From IMG/VR virus record IMGVR_UViG_3300009605_000022: a DNA stretch of 64,000 nt. One strand, 5' to 3'. Position numbers and translations under genes: made by a program. The notes beneath the pieces were generated by a model, which did not search any database, was not told the origin of the DNA, and worked only from the letters and a program-made list of their open reading frames with translations. Below, one piece after another: positions 30,307 to 40,340 of the stretch. How positions within the stretch are numbered: position 1 is the stretch's first letter; each line of letters starts with the position of its first letter. The DNA is from an uncultured virus (IMG/VR IMGVR_UViG_3300009605_000022). Lineage: Duplodnaviria > Heunggongvirae > Uroviricota > Caudoviricetes.

Positions 30307-32535
30307 TTATATCCAATCCAATAGACTTTGCTGTTTAGAATCTAATAAAGTAAGAGGAGGTCTCTTAATTATTTTATTTTTTAAACTAAACTTTTCTAAC
30401 AGAGTACTTACTGTATCCCAATAGTATCGCATGTCTATATTCTCTACATCTTTCACTGTGTCAAGTAATCTGTAACCACTGTTTTCTTTTACATAATAGT
30501 AAGTTGTTCCTGCTTTAGGTGTGATTCCTATCTCTTGACCTAACACTGCCAACTGATAAGTTAAATCTGTCTCAGTCTTATAGTCTTCTAACTTCTTATG
30601 CATAGAACGTCTCATTACAAAATCATCAAGTTCATATTCTTTGAAGTCATATAGTTTCTGTATAAAGGAAGGTGTGATATCATTATTGAGTCTACCTTCG
30701 ATTAACTTCTCTAATACTTTTAAATAGAATTTAGAACGAGATGAAGCTTTGAATGTGCTTCCATGTTTAGTTAAAGTTCCATCTTGATTACGTAAAACAT
30801 AGTTTCCTATCTGAAGCCAGACACCTTCTTTAAAGTAATCTTTATCCATAGAAATATGTTCCGGCTCGGAATTAGGGATGTGATGTTTCATGAGTTGTTG
30901 AAGCCTGTTAGTTAACCAGTCTGCGTCAACATCCACATTAGTATTAATCCCATCAGTATGTACATATACCACAGCATCTTCTCCATATCGGCCACGGATA
31001 ATATCGACACCTGAAAGAAGGAGCCAGCGCGCAATTGCTGTAATAGCAATGCCCACACCCATATCACCATAGCTAACATAAGGATTAGCGTTTGCACCAT
31101 AGAAAGTATTCACCATTATTTTAAGAGCATTGGATTTACTCTTATCCTCCTTAGACGTGCCAACTTTATAAGGTTTACGCATCTCTTTAAATACATTACA
31201 CATTTCATATAGACAACTCTTCTTAGAATTATCTATTTCTAACATAAGTCTTTTGTTAACTTTATTGTCAGGAATGTATAAGATACCATCCTTAAATTCT
31301 ACCTTCTCTTCATAGTCTGCATACCCTACGATACGTGTAGTATCAGGGCCCAGATTAAGCGCCATTGCGATTGATGGATAGAAAGAGCTAAAGTCTACTT
31401 TGACATTCTGATGATGATATCCAGCTTGATATAGCTTGATATGTGCAGCTTGATAGTTACCTTTATCAGCTCTAAATATCTCTGGATGTCTTGTCTTATT
31501 ATTATTAAGCGTTACTATGCCTTGCTTGAATAGAGACCTGCCCTGTAGAATTTTCGTAATGTAGCTACTGGGGGCGTTCATATAGCTTGCCAAGGGTACG
31601 CAAATGGTTTCTGCGATATATTGTATCTGAGGAAAGTAGTGATTATATAAATAGAGCGTTGCATCAACATCGCTTAATACATAATCTTTAATAGTATCCA
31701 TAGGATAATCTAATAAGACCTTGTCTTCAAAATCCAATTCCATCGGTTCGAGCCCAAAGTTTCTTGAAACACTCTTAAGACCTTTAGGGATTCCAGATAA
31801 GGAATAATCAAGGCGAGTCCATCTAAGCAAGTCTAAGATTATGCGGCCGTTGGCTTGCATCTTCAATTCATCATACTTAGTTTCTGGTGTTTCCCAACCC
31901 CACTTGGCACCATCTCTGTTTAAATACGAAAGATACTGGGTGCGTGGGATGTGGTGATAGTTTACTCTGTGCATTATCTGTGGGATATCATAACCTGTTA
32001 AGTTATAACCACAAACAATATCAGGGTCATACTCTTGGAGATATTTTGCAAAGTCCCAAAGTAATTTTTCATCACTCTCTCCATCCCAAACGAACACCTC
32101 ACGCTCTCCAGTGGAACAAACTATCCCTATGGCTACTACAGGATACTTCTCTCCAAATGGAAACGACCCATCAGGAGACTGGGTTTCTATATCAAATACT
32201 AAACACTTTACTTCTTCCGTATTAGGGTAGTTAGCAAAGAACTCAGGGTGTTCAATACAGAGTCTTTCCATAAGGTTTTCACGTCCACCTTCGAAGAGCG
32301 CTGTCTTAGGTATTATATCCCTACCGGGAATATAAGTGTGCTTTGTTAGTTTTAAGCTCTCAGTTGAAGCTATAGTTTTCTTCTCATCACCTTCTCTATC
32401 TTCCATATAGAAGTAGGGTTTGTATGGAGATTCTACAGCCTCAGCCTGACCATTAATATACATACGGACTTTCTGTGCACCTGTTCTCAGGTCGATAGTC
32501 TTTTTGCTAATGGATGCCATTAGTGGTACTTTCAT
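30307..32535 (-). CDS. polB: Family B DNA polymerase
   Basis: FDIET, GYNLTGYD, DFSSFYPSI, KIMVNTFYG, HTDG. Confidence 0.95.
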   Translation of the reverse strand: MKVPLMASISKKTIDLRTGAQKVRMYINGQAEAVESPYKPYFYMEDREGDEKKTIASTESLKLTKHTYIPGRDIIPKTALFEGGRENLMERLCIEHPEFFANYPNTEEVKCLVFDIETQSPDGSFPFGEKYPVVAIGIVCSTGEREVFVWDGESDEKLLWDFAKYLQEYDPDIVCGYNLTGYDIPQIMHRVNYHHIPRTQYLSYLNRDGAKWGWETPETKYDELKMQANGRIILDLLRWTRLDYSLSGIPKGLKSVSRNFGLEPMELDFEDKVLLDYPMDTIKDYVLSDVDATLYLYNHYFPQIQYIAETICVPLASYMNAPSSYITKILQGRSLFKQGIVTLNNNKTRHPEIFRADKGNYQAAHIKLYQAGYHHQNVKVDFSSFYPSIAMALNLGPDTTRIVGYADYEEKVEFKDGILYIPDNKVNKRLMLEIDNSKKSCLYEMCNVFKEMRKPYKVGTSKEDKSKSNALKIMVNTFYGANANPYVSYGDMGVGIAITAIARWLLLSGVDIIRGRYGEDAVVYVHTDGINTNVDVDADWLTNRLQQLMKHHIPNSEPEHISMDKDYFKEGVWLQIGNYVLRNQDGTLTKHGSTFKASSRSKFYLKVLEKLIEGRLNNDITPSFIQKLYDFKEYELDDFVMRRSMHKKLEDYKTETDLTYQLAVLGQEIGITPKAGTTYYYVKENSGYRLLDTVKDVENIDMRYYWDTVSTLLEKFSLKNKIIKRPPLTLLDSKQQSLLDWI

Positions 32536-32617
32536 ATTTTCTCTTTTATTTCCTTTAATTCTTTAAGGATTTTCCTTAACAGAGGACCTGATGGGTCATG
32601 CGGGGTTGCCTTAACCA

Positions 32618-32881
32618 TTATTCCTCTTCGTCGTATACTATATCTTTACCTTCAGGGACTAAGTTTTCTATCTCACCATGGCCATCCTTAGTATCAGAGG
32701 TATATGTTACTTCTACCTCAGTGTCTGGGACATTAGATAGGTCATCACTTGTTGTGGTGCCTTCTTCCATAGTTATTCCCTCAGTTGGAGGGACATAGAC
32801 AATTACTCTTTCCTTAAGTATATCTCTTATCTCTGTTAGTAAATCAATTTTTATATCTTCTCTACCTTTTCTTTCACTCAT
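32618..32881 (-). CDS. Acidic hypothetical protein
   Basis: 87-aa ORF in the operon. Confidence 0.55.
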   Translation of the reverse strand: MSERKGREDIKIDLLTEIRDILKERVIVYVPPTEGITMEEGTTTSDDLSNVPDTEVEVTYTSDTKDGHGEIENLVPEGKDIVYDEEE

Positions 32882-33188
32882 CTTTTACTTCCTTTGTTAT
32901 ATTTTTTGCTTTTCCTTTCTCTACATCAATGTCAGTTACGACATCATCTGTTTCTAATGCTTGAATCAAGTGACAGGCCTCAGCAATAGCTGAACCCCAT
33001 GCTCTGTGGATTCTTGATACTAACCCCATATCATCAGGGTCATCATCTTCATCTTCAGGTTCAAATTGACCTGACATATCATAGTGATACTCACTTGCCT
33101 TTCCCAGCAATCTAATCCATTGTTCTCTTTGTTCTTTTGAATCAAGAGTTACTGTCTCAGTTTCTTCTACATCAGGTTTAAAACTCAT
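32874..33188 (-). CDS. Acidic hypothetical protein
   Basis: 104-aa ORF overlapping both neighbours. Confidence 0.6.
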   Translation of the reverse strand: MSFKPDVEETETVTLDSKEQREQWIRLLGKASEYHYDMSGQFEPEDEDDDPDDMGLVSRIHRAWGSAIAEACHLIQALETDDVVTDIDVEKGKAKNITKEVKDE

Positions 33189-33511
33189 TGACCCTCTCTA
33201 TAAGCTTGTGCTTCTTCTGGTGTCATACGTGCAAATAACTTGTCTATGTTGTTCACCATTAGGTCTGATATCTTTATACCATACACATCACAAAGACGTG
33301 TTAAGTACCATAAGACATCACCCATCTCATCTATGATGAGCTCTTTGTTATCTACGTGGTCACGTATTTCTTTCTTAAATGCTCCACCGACTTCTCCGGC
33401 TTCATTCATTAAACCTATCATTAGGTATTCTTTTTCTCTACGCTTTGGATACTTCGCTGTTGTGCGAGTAAAATCCATATACGTAGATTCTATTCCTTTT
33501 ATATCTACCAT
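33185..33511 (-). CDS. mazG: MazG-like nucleotide pyrophosphohydrolase
   Basis: GLMNEAGEV...KK...DEMGDVLWY...NIDKL. Confidence 0.9.
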   Translation of the reverse strand: MVDIKGIESTYMDFTRTTAKYPKRREKEYLMIGLMNEAGEVGGAFKKEIRDHVDNKELIIDEMGDVLWYLTRLCDVYGIKISDLMVNNIDKLFARMTPEEAQAYREGQ

Positions 33512-33822
33512 ATATTCAACTCCTCAGGTAAATGTTTCATTACCTTCTTTCTCTCAGTTGGCATATATCTATATACCAAGTCTGACTTCTGGTCGCTCTG
33601 CACGACCCAAGGTTTTATAATAATTAAATCCTTCTCTCTGCACCAAGTTCTCTTTTTAAACTTACCACCAATCCTAACCATTCTCATATTCCCATCAGCA
33701 CATAGTGCTTTCATGCGGGAACCACCAGACATCTCAGTTACCACTGCGAATTGTTCACCCTTACGAGGGAACCTAATCTTTCTTGGCGTAGTAGGACTGG
33801 ACTGCTTTGAGTTCTTCGTCAT
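33505..33822 (-). CDS. eif1a: Archaeal translation initiation factor 1A homologue (aIF-1A)
   Basis: RFPRKGEQFAVVTEMSGGSRMKALCADG..RMVRIGGKFKKRTWCREKDLIIIKPW....KSDLVYRY; likely start at MTKNS (33822). Confidence 0.9.
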   Translation of the reverse strand: MTKNSKQSSPTTPRKIRFPRKGEQFAVVTEMSGGSRMKALCADGNMRMVRIGGKFKKRTWCREKDLIIIKPWVVQSDQKSDLVYRYMPTERKKVMKHLPEELNIW

Positions 33823-35248
33823 TATAATCTCCTTCTGCACTGAGCATAAAAGTTTCATAGTCCTTTATGTCAGAGTCTTTTGCTGACTTGAAGACCTTAT
33901 CATAGTCTCCTTTCTTTACGTCTATCGCTGTCTTTGCTCCCGAACCCAACTCAATGTTGTCCCCGCTAAACGGGTCAACAACTTGGATACGGCTACAACT
34001 GCGCCCAATGTATTCTGTAGATACTTCAGGCCACTCTTTTCGTACAAACTTTTTCGTTTCATCTATTAATTCACTCCAATTTATTTTTGCTACAGGCTCG
34101 TTAATAAGAGGACTCTTATAGTATAGTTTATGTTTACCATCATCTTCTACTTCTAAGAACCCAGCTACTAAGAGACCACCTATCACAGGTCTCAGTTTAG
34201 TAAACGGAAGCCCAGCAGCCTTAGCTGCTTTCTTCAGTTCATTCTCTGACATTTTAACAGTGTCACTATCTGCAAAACCAAATCTATCTAACCTTGTTTC
34301 AGGAAATAGTTTTAAGATATCAACACCGTGGCTTGGCATATGTAGACATTCTTCTACGAATGAATTGAGGTAAATCCTCAGTGCCAACCAGTTATGTTTG
34401 GGAGAGACCAGACCATATTCTACATCACCATCTTGCACTTTTGTTATCTCTTGTGGATAAAAACGTGCTATGGCATTGACTAATCGTAACAAATACTGCA
34501 CCTTCGAACGAGATACAGGGAAAGCTGATGGTATGGCTTCTGACAGAAACGGCGCACATGGGTTCTTTATCTTGAGAGCATGTTCATCATCTCTCAGTTC
34601 AATAGAATCCACTATATGTTTCCTTAGGCCATCTATTTCTTCATCGGACATAGTAAACATTGTTGAGGGTCTCGTAGCTGCATGCATTAGTTTATGGTCT
34701 ATTACCCTTTCTGTTTGTTCTACAGTGGGATTAGTGTGCATAATCATACACCTACGTTCCAATTCAGCATCAAAGTATGATGCTCCCTTTTCATTTTCAA
34801 CAGCTACACACATAAAGACGAACTGAGGATATAGTCTTTGTATAACTACATCACTAATAGTCACGTCAGTTTTTTTACGTGTTGCTGTGCGGCCATCGGC
34901 CCATGTTTTTATTATCTCCATTACACCTTCTGGTAATTTTTGAGCTTCGGGAATAGATATAAAACGTGCATTGTTTATATCGTCTGCGTTATACCACACT
35001 GCCGTCTCAGACAAATGTTCAATGGTATGAACCCAGTCGTCAGGAAGTAAATTAAATATTGCTTCCATCAATACAGTTTTACCTGTTCCACTATAGGCTT
35101 TGACACAGAAGTTATTGTCTTCCAGCAGATACGACAAGGATGAAGTTAAAGCTAATGCGTCTTCTCCTAAGAGAGGAAAGAGCTTACCATCTTTATCCTT
35201 TGCATTGTGGAAATATCTCAATAAATCGTGTATTTCATATGTTTTCAT
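33773..35248 (-). CDS. AAA+/P-loop ATPase, possibly the replicative helicase
   Basis: Walker A AYSGTGKT, Walker B-like ISIPE, 'ELERR' arginine finger; lies in the replication block. Confidence 0.55.
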   Translation of the reverse strand: MKTYEIHDLLRYFHNAKDKDGKLFPLLGEDALALTSSLSYLLEDNNFCVKAYSGTGKTVLMEAIFNLLPDDWVHTIEHLSETAVWYNADDINNARFISIPEAQKLPEGVMEIIKTWADGRTATRKKTDVTISDVVIQRLYPQFVFMCVAVENEKGASYFDAELERRCMIMHTNPTVEQTERVIDHKLMHAATRPSTMFTMSDEEIDGLRKHIVDSIELRDDEHALKIKNPCAPFLSEAIPSAFPVSRSKVQYLLRLVNAIARFYPQEITKVQDGDVEYGLVSPKHNWLALRIYLNSFVEECLHMPSHGVDILKLFPETRLDRFGFADSDTVKMSENELKKAAKAAGLPFTKLRPVIGGLLVAGFLEVEDDGKHKLYYKSPLINEPVAKINWSELIDETKKFVRKEWPEVSTEYIGRSCSRIQVVDPFSGDNIELGSGAKTAIDVKKGDYDKVFKSAKDSDIKDYETFMLSAEGDYNDEELKAVQSYYAKKD

Positions 35249-35326
35249 TTTTCAGTTTTCTCCATAGGATATATAACATTGCAAACACAGGACCATCTAA
35301 GATGTATACCCATATTAACATTGATG

Positions 35327-36016
35327 TTAAATCCATTTTTGTTGCGCCTTTGTTACGTTTAATACATTGTTCTCACAAAGTTTAATAGCATAAGTCTTTA
35401 AGTCTTTTTCATCATAGGCTGAGAAGTTATCCTTTAATAATAAATATAAATCTATCATGTTCATAGGGTCTCCATGTCTATCTTTTAAAAACGTTGCTAT
35501 CTCTTCGGGAACTACCCATACTACTGTTTGTTCTTCAGAATTGTATAGGCTTGGTCTGAACTTCTCCTTTACAAACATATCCATATCTGTTTGTGTTAAG
35601 TGGTATCCGTTCACCGCACTACCAAATGAGGTCATTAGCTTAGTTCTCTTTACCTCGAACACAAAGTCAGTAGGGTTGGAAGTGTTTTCTATACACTTAG
35701 CAAATACCTTCTGAAATAATGTATGTGTTACGAGAGGAACTGAGAGGTATGAAACTTTAACTTTACCCCCACCTGCATATTCTGAGGTAGGCATATAGAT
35801 TCCATACGTAAACTCCTGTATCTTAGGAGTATTATTAGCACAGTATACACAGTCACCTTCTTGAGCCCAACACTTAACCCTTCTTCTTGCTGAGGGGTTC
35901 CAGTGCCGAACTCTATGAATAGGTGCTATGAATGCGAACTGAGCTAACGCCGTCATATCGTCCTCTAACCAGACTCTATCACTCTTTTGCGATTGTATCC
36001 AATCACTGTAGCTCAT
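35327..36016 (-). CDS. Putative ssDNA-binding protein (gp32-like Zn motif)
   Basis: HW...C.....DCVYC motif; next to the ATPase. Confidence 0.4.
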   Translation of the reverse strand: MSYSDWIQSQKSDRVWLEDDMTALAQFAFIAPIHRVRHWNPSARRRVKCWAQEGDCVYCANNTPKIQEFTYGIYMPTSEYAGGGKVKVSYLSVPLVTHTLFQKVFAKCIENTSNPTDFVFEVKRTKLMTSFGSAVNGYHLTQTDMDMFVKEKFRPSLYNSEEQTVVWVVPEEIATFLKDRHGDPMNMIDLYLLLKDNFSAYDEKDLKTYAIKLCENNVLNVTKAQQKWI

Positions 36017-36189
36017 TCTATAGTTACTGTTGCTTTCCTTATGACATGTTCACCAGCAATTTCATCATACATCCATACAACATTATCACCTGCTTCTAAT
36101 TGCATACGTTCTAATATTGCATCTGGTATGTAAATTCTTTTATACTGGTCAATTGTCTTAACTGAACTGACTTGTTTTAATTCACTCAT
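36013..36189 (-). CDS. AbrB/MazE/SpoVT-like DNA-binding protein, 58 aa (not in ORF track)
   Basis: KTIDQYKRIYIPDAILERMQLEAGDNVVW; ATGA overlaps at both ends. Confidence 0.8.
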   Translation of the reverse strand: MSELKQVSSVKTIDQYKRIYIPDAILERMQLEAGDNVVWMYDEIAGEHVIRKATVTIE

Positions 36190-36563
36190 TTTATCTCCAC
36201 CAGTTTAGCACTGGTTTTTTCTTTCTTTTCTATAGCGACATCTAATATACCATTGTTCATAGTAGCTTCGACTGACTCATTGTCTAAGTCATAGTCAAAT
36301 CTTTTACTCCAGTTATATTCTTTGTCACCTTGTTTCGCTTCTACTGTAACTTTATTAGTTCCTACTTCTAAAGCAACATCTTCTTTACCAAATCCTGCTA
36401 ACTCAATAGTTACTGTTACAGTTCCGTTCTCTTCATTAACACTAACGGGGCTGTTCTCTTTCCTTCGAAGTTCTTGGTGCCATGCATGTGGTGCTGACTC
36501 TATCTCTCCTAAGAGGTCCATCCACATATCCATCATGGTTTCTATGTCACGACGAAATACCAT
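36186..36563 (-). CDS. Small heat-shock protein (Hsp20/alpha-crystallin)
   Basis: IELAGFGKEDV...ATMNNGILDVAIEK...LVEIK; GGAGG RBS before the ATG at 36563. Confidence 0.9.
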   Translation of the reverse strand: MVFRRDIETMMDMWMDLLGEIESAPHAWHQELRRKENSPVSVNEENGTVTVTIELAGFGKEDVALEVGTNKVTVEAKQGDKEYNWSKRFDYDLDNESVEATMNNGILDVAIEKKEKTSAKLVEIK

Positions 36564-36778
36564 CAGTCCTCCACTTTCGATGGACCATCTGCTACACGTT
36601 TCATTAATCTGAAGTAGGGCTTTGCTGCTCCTTCTTTCCAATAGGAGTTTCTGAACATTACAAATTCATCTCCTGCTTCTGATTTACCTGTGTAGTAAAC
36701 GTTTCCGTTCTTATCTGTGTTCCGGAACAATCCGGCTCTGAGCTCAAGGCTCGTTTTCTTAGTTTCTTTTTCTGTCAT
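36563..36778 (-). CDS. Small hypothetical protein (DUF736/PC4-like pattern)
   Basis: GLFRNTDKNGNVYYTG...MFRN...KPYFRL. Confidence 0.55.
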   Translation of the reverse strand: MTEKETKKTSLELRAGLFRNTDKNGNVYYTGKSEAGDEFVMFRNSYWKEGAAKPYFRLMKRVADGPSKVED

Positions 36779-36801
36779 ACTTTGGGTTCTCCGTGTTTAT
36801 T

Positions 36802-37059
36802 TTATCCATGCATTGAACCTGAGGTCTGCATGGCTGTCTTAATATCAATCTCAAGTAATTTTTCTCCATACTTGTCAATCAATAGTTTCAATGTTTCAGT
36901 GAAGAATGCTCTAACGTCTATGTTCTCGTTAGGTGATACCTCCATTTGAAAAGTCCCGATGCGTAGTAGATGTGTTATCTTACTTGCATCCATCTTGGCC
37001 ATCATCATTTCAGCGGCCATATCTGCCATCTCGTCGGGTTTAGAAGATGAATCTGTCAT
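36802..37059 (-). CDS. Hypothetical protein
   Basis: GGAGG RBS, operon packing. Confidence 0.55.
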   Translation of the reverse strand: MTDSSSKPDEMADMAAEMMMAKMDASKITHLLRIGTFQMEVSPNENIDVRAFFTETLKLLIDKYGEKLLEIDIKTAMQTSGSMHG

Positions 37060-37309
37060 CTATTACCTCCAACTTAATCAATATTTTTCTTAGGTTTTTA
37101 ATCATACCTTGTGTTTCTCCAATCCTGTTATCCAAATCGTCAAATCTTTGAGTCATATGTTCTATGCGACTAAGCACATCCTCAATATTTTGAACAAAAG
37201 GAAACCAATTGCTATCAGAACTATAATGTTCTTCGTTACGTTTCACTATACCCTCAGTCCACGTTCTGTGGTGCTCGAGAGCCAGTTTCTTTTCGTCTGT
37301 GCTTACCAT
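37040..37309 (-). CDS. Hypothetical coiled-coil protein
   Basis: Operon packing. Confidence 0.55.
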   Translation of the reverse strand: MVSTDEKKLALEHHRTWTEGIVKRNEEHYSSDSNWFPFVQNIEDVLSRIEHMTQRFDDLDNRIGETQGMIKNLRKILIKLEVIDDRFIF

Positions 37310-37550
37310 TCTTATTTCTCCTTAGTTTTTTCATGAGTATTTTATTTTTACGTGGGTTGGCATGAACACCTTCCCCACTCCATCCGTCGACATAGTATCT
37401 TATGTAGCCCATCCAATAGTCTCTACAATTTTCCTCAGTTGGTTCCAGTCCTCTTATCTTGACTTTCTCCATGAGTCTCTGTCTCATCTTACTTGTTTTA
37501 CCTTTAGACCATATACGGTCAAAGGCTTCCCATCTTTCATTCATAACCAC
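37254..37550 (-). CDS. Hypothetical basic protein
   Basis: Operon packing. Confidence 0.5.
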   Translation of the reverse strand: MVMNERWEAFDRIWSKGKTSKMRQRLMEKVKIRGLEPTEENCRDYWMGYIRYYVDGWSGEGVHANPRKNKILMKKLRRNKNGKHRRKETGSRAPQNVD

Positions 37551-37641
37551 AAATGTCCTACTACTGCTCCGAAGCCGAATCCAAATAAGAATCCTGCTAT
37601 GAGCATTACTAAGTCTGCACTGATGTGTAAGTCTTCGTCAC

Positions 37642-37980
37642 TCATCCGAACATACTTCCTGAATATGAATCATTCATTGATGGACCTGAATTAGTGCTGA
37701 TAGAATCTATAACTTTATCAGCTCCTGCATCTTTAGCTCGACCAATCATCATCTCTAATAGTTTAACATAAGCTAAGAGAAACAACTGTTGCTCTCTGTT
37801 TAGTATAAACATCTTTGAGACTTTCTCGAGGTCTCTACCAACATGCAAAATGTCGATAGAGTCCATAGCTTTTACCATAACTTCCCATGATGTAGTCTCT
37901 TCCTCTGACATCATGTCCTTGAGGGTAAGTGTCTCATCACCTTTTGCTAATGTTAAAAACTCTTTTAGTAACTCGTTCAT
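37642..37980 (-). CDS. Hypothetical protein
   Basis: 112-aa ORF. Confidence 0.6.
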   Translation of the reverse strand: MNELLKEFLTLAKGDETLTLKDMMSEEETTSWEVMVKAMDSIDILHVGRDLEKVSKMFILNREQQLFLLAYVKLLEMMIGRAKDAGADKVIDSISTNSGPSMNDSYSGSMFG

Positions 37981-37982
37981 AT

Positions 37983-38288
37983 TTACTCTACTACCAATCT
38001 ATCTAATCGATATGCTCTTGCGTGGTTTGCGAACTGAGATGTATACTGTTTTAAGTTATATCTGTTGTCCTTACCTACAATGTAGAACTTACCTGCTTTA
38101 GACATAATCATGTCTTCTGGTAAGATTTTCCTTACTGACTCACTGTCTGAACTGTGCTTCCATGAAGCAAAGTCAAACTGTGTTCTTTTTGCTGGGTTGT
38201 ATCTGATACTAACCTGCTTGTGCTGACCTGTCTTTTGGTAATGCTTTACAGCATCCATTAGACTGTTGATTTGTTCTGTTCTTTTCAT
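37983..38288 (-). CDS. Stand-alone WYL-domain-like protein
   Basis: VSIRY...RKILP...FYIVG.D...RAYRLDRL; own TATA at 38325-38337. Confidence 0.65.
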   Translation of the reverse strand: MKRTEQINSLMDAVKHYQKTGQHKQVSIRYNPAKRTQFDFASWKHSSDSESVRKILPEDMIMSKAGKFYIVGKDNRYNLKQYTSQFANHARAYRLDRLVVE

Positions 38289-38417
38289 TTAAATCACCTT
38301 GATATCTAACCAAAACCACCTAACTATATAAAGCTTTGGCTATGTAAACTGAGACCTGTAAAGAATACACTCTCAGTTGTGCCCATAATGGGACTTGTAG
38401 TGGAATTATGTCCATAA

Positions 38418-38498
38418 TTATTTACATCTTGTGCAATATTGATTGCCTTCATAGTCCGAGAAGATAGCTTTACTACCACACATCGGACACGTTATCAT
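38418..38498 (-). CDS. 26-aa zinc-ribbon microprotein
   Basis: MITCPMCGSKAIFSDYEGNQYCTRCK. Confidence 0.6.
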   Translation of the reverse strand: MITCPMCGSKAIFSDYEGNQYCTRCK

Positions 38499-38503
38499 AT
38501 TTC

Positions 38504-39166
38504 TTACCATAGTGTTACCTTAAGTTTTATCCATGCTCTTACCCATCCATTAGGTTTAGGATTCTTGTAGCCTTTCCTAAGTTTCTTTGCACACCATCGA
38601 TACATTTCATTAGCGTATCTAATTGGTTTTCTAACATTTCTTGGTAGATATTTTAATCCACGTTCACCAAAGTAAAGTGACGCTTCAAACATATCTAAGT
38701 ATCTATTATGGTCTGTTCCTATATAATGGTATCCCCGTGCGACATCTTCATCATAGTCTCTGACGAAGTTAATTATCTGGTAAGCTCTACCTAAGTGCTC
38801 AGCGTAAGGATAAGCTGACTCTGGTGCATCTAATAGCTTAGCCATCATCAGTCCAATAACCTCAGCTGAACCTCTGCAATATCTTAGCATAGATTCATCA
38901 TCATGTATCTTATGATTCAAATCCATTCTCATAGAATTATAGAAGTCATGCTTCCATTCCATAGGCATATCATATTTTTTCTGAACGTATGCAAAGTTGT
39001 AAGCTAACCTCTCAAGGTCACCTACTACCTCGTCACCGTCGACTATGTTGTCTATGTGTCTTATAAATCCATACAACGCATATACATCCTTTTGCTTCTC
39101 AGTTGGAAAAGCTTTAGTGCAACATGCAAATGTTGTTGAACATTTATCCATTACTTCTTTCGTCAT
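38504..39166 (-). CDS. crtB: Phytoene/squalene synthase family protein
   Basis: VYALYGFIRHIDNIVD, YCRGSAEVIG, LGRAYQIINFVRDYDED..RG; likely start at MTKEV (39166). Confidence 0.85.
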   Translation of the reverse strand: MTKEVMDKCSTTFACCTKAFPTEKQKDVYALYGFIRHIDNIVDGDEVVGDLERLAYNFAYVQKKYDMPMEWKHDFYNSMRMDLNHKIHDDESMLRYCRGSAEVIGLMMAKLLDAPESAYPYAEHLGRAYQIINFVRDYDEDVARGYHYIGTDHNRYLDMFEASLYFGERGLKYLPRNVRKPIRYANEMYRWCAKKLRKGYKNPKPNGWVRAWIKLKVTLW

Positions 39167-39429
39167 GTTAATAACATGTATCCTACTGTAAATGATATAA
39201 CTATGAGACATGCCCATATGTATAACAGATAGTCGTAGGTTGTCCATTCCTCTTCTTTTTTATTCATTTGTTTTTTTACCTTTGGTTTTGCTACTATAAA
39301 GTGTGGAACTTTGTTCCAACAATCATCACAGAGATAGGCTCTGAGATGAGGGTCGTCACTCATGTAGTGTATTTTACACATCTTACAGTTGTGCCATAAT
39401 GCTTTGTAGTAAGTTGGATTAGGAGTCAT
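39163..39429 (-). CDS. Zn-finger protein with C-terminal TM helix
   Basis: CKMC...CDDC and hydrophobic tail. Confidence 0.55.
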   Translation of the reverse strand: MTPNPTYYKALWHNCKMCKIHYMSDDPHLRAYLCDDCWNKVPHFIVAKPKVKKQMNKKEEEWTTYDYLLYIWACLIVISFTVGYMLLT

Positions 39430-39688
39430 CTACATTGCTCTCCATTCGACAGTCACAGTTGGGACATGCCCAAATATATGTTCCTCTGATAGCGTGAACA
39501 CTCTTGACTCTCTCAATTGGCTTACCATCTTTGTCTTTACAGTAACAGTAGACTCTCATTTCCTTTTCTTTATAACTCTCTTTACAGGTTTTCTTTCTAT
39601 AATCCTATTGAAGTCTACGAACTGACCACCCTTCTCAGAGGAAGGAGGTAGTGTGTAAGCTTCATATGGTTGCTTGGTTGCTCTTTTT

Positions 39689-40204
39689 TTAATCATTTAT
39701 GTTTTCCTCGTATAGTTTTTGTAAGTTCCATCTTAACGGTGCTTTTAATCTATCGACAATATAAGCATGTTTATCGAACCAACTCCACTTTACTGATTTC
39801 TTATCGAACGCCTTACTATATAAGTATTTCGCTTGTGAAGGTGTTATCGCATAACATTTCTTATTTCGGTATTCCTCTCTTCGTATCAATATAAAACTCA
39901 GTCCACCAGCTCTTTCTAACTTGGCACCTTCTTTTATCTGGTGCTTAGCGATAGCAGGAGTATTACCATACCAAAGAGGGAAGCTACTAAGATTCCGAGA
40001 AGTTTTAGCCTCGACCATAATTGGTCTTCCTCTGTAAACCGAGAAGAAATCGGCCGGTTGCTTTTCGGCCACAGCAATTTTAACAAACCTATTAATATCA
40101 TTGGTATCTTGTATCCTGAACCACCATATGTGTCTACTCGACTGGAGGCTTCTTCGTATTTCATTTTCGAAGTTCTTTCCTGTGTCTTTTCTTTTCTTTG
40201 CCAT
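39689..40204 (-). CDS. Holliday junction resolvase (RecU/Hjc-like PD-(D/E)XK)
   Basis: GKNFE...PADF...VEAKT...HQ. Confidence 0.8.
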   Translation of the reverse strand: MAKKRKDTGKNFENEIRRSLQSSRHIWWFRIQDTNDINRFVKIAVAEKQPADFFSVYRGRPIMVEAKTSRNLSSFPLWYGNTPAIAKHQIKEGAKLERAGGLSFILIRREEYRNKKCYAITPSQAKYLYSKAFDKKSVKWSWFDKHAYIVDRLKAPLRWNLQKLYEENIND

Positions 40205-40340
40205 ACATCTCTATTATGACTATATAGTGAAAACATGATTATACTATATTATTGCTTAGTTAATCATGCTCTATTAGTCATGCTATATAGATATACTACT
40301 AAGAGATATATAAAGCTTTGCTAAGTAGAGCTTAATACTC

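Noticed and set aside
23809..32535. Inteins or introns in RNR, primase or PolB
   Set aside because: Lengths are compact and motifs are contiguous; no intein-type termini or homing endonuclease insert seen.
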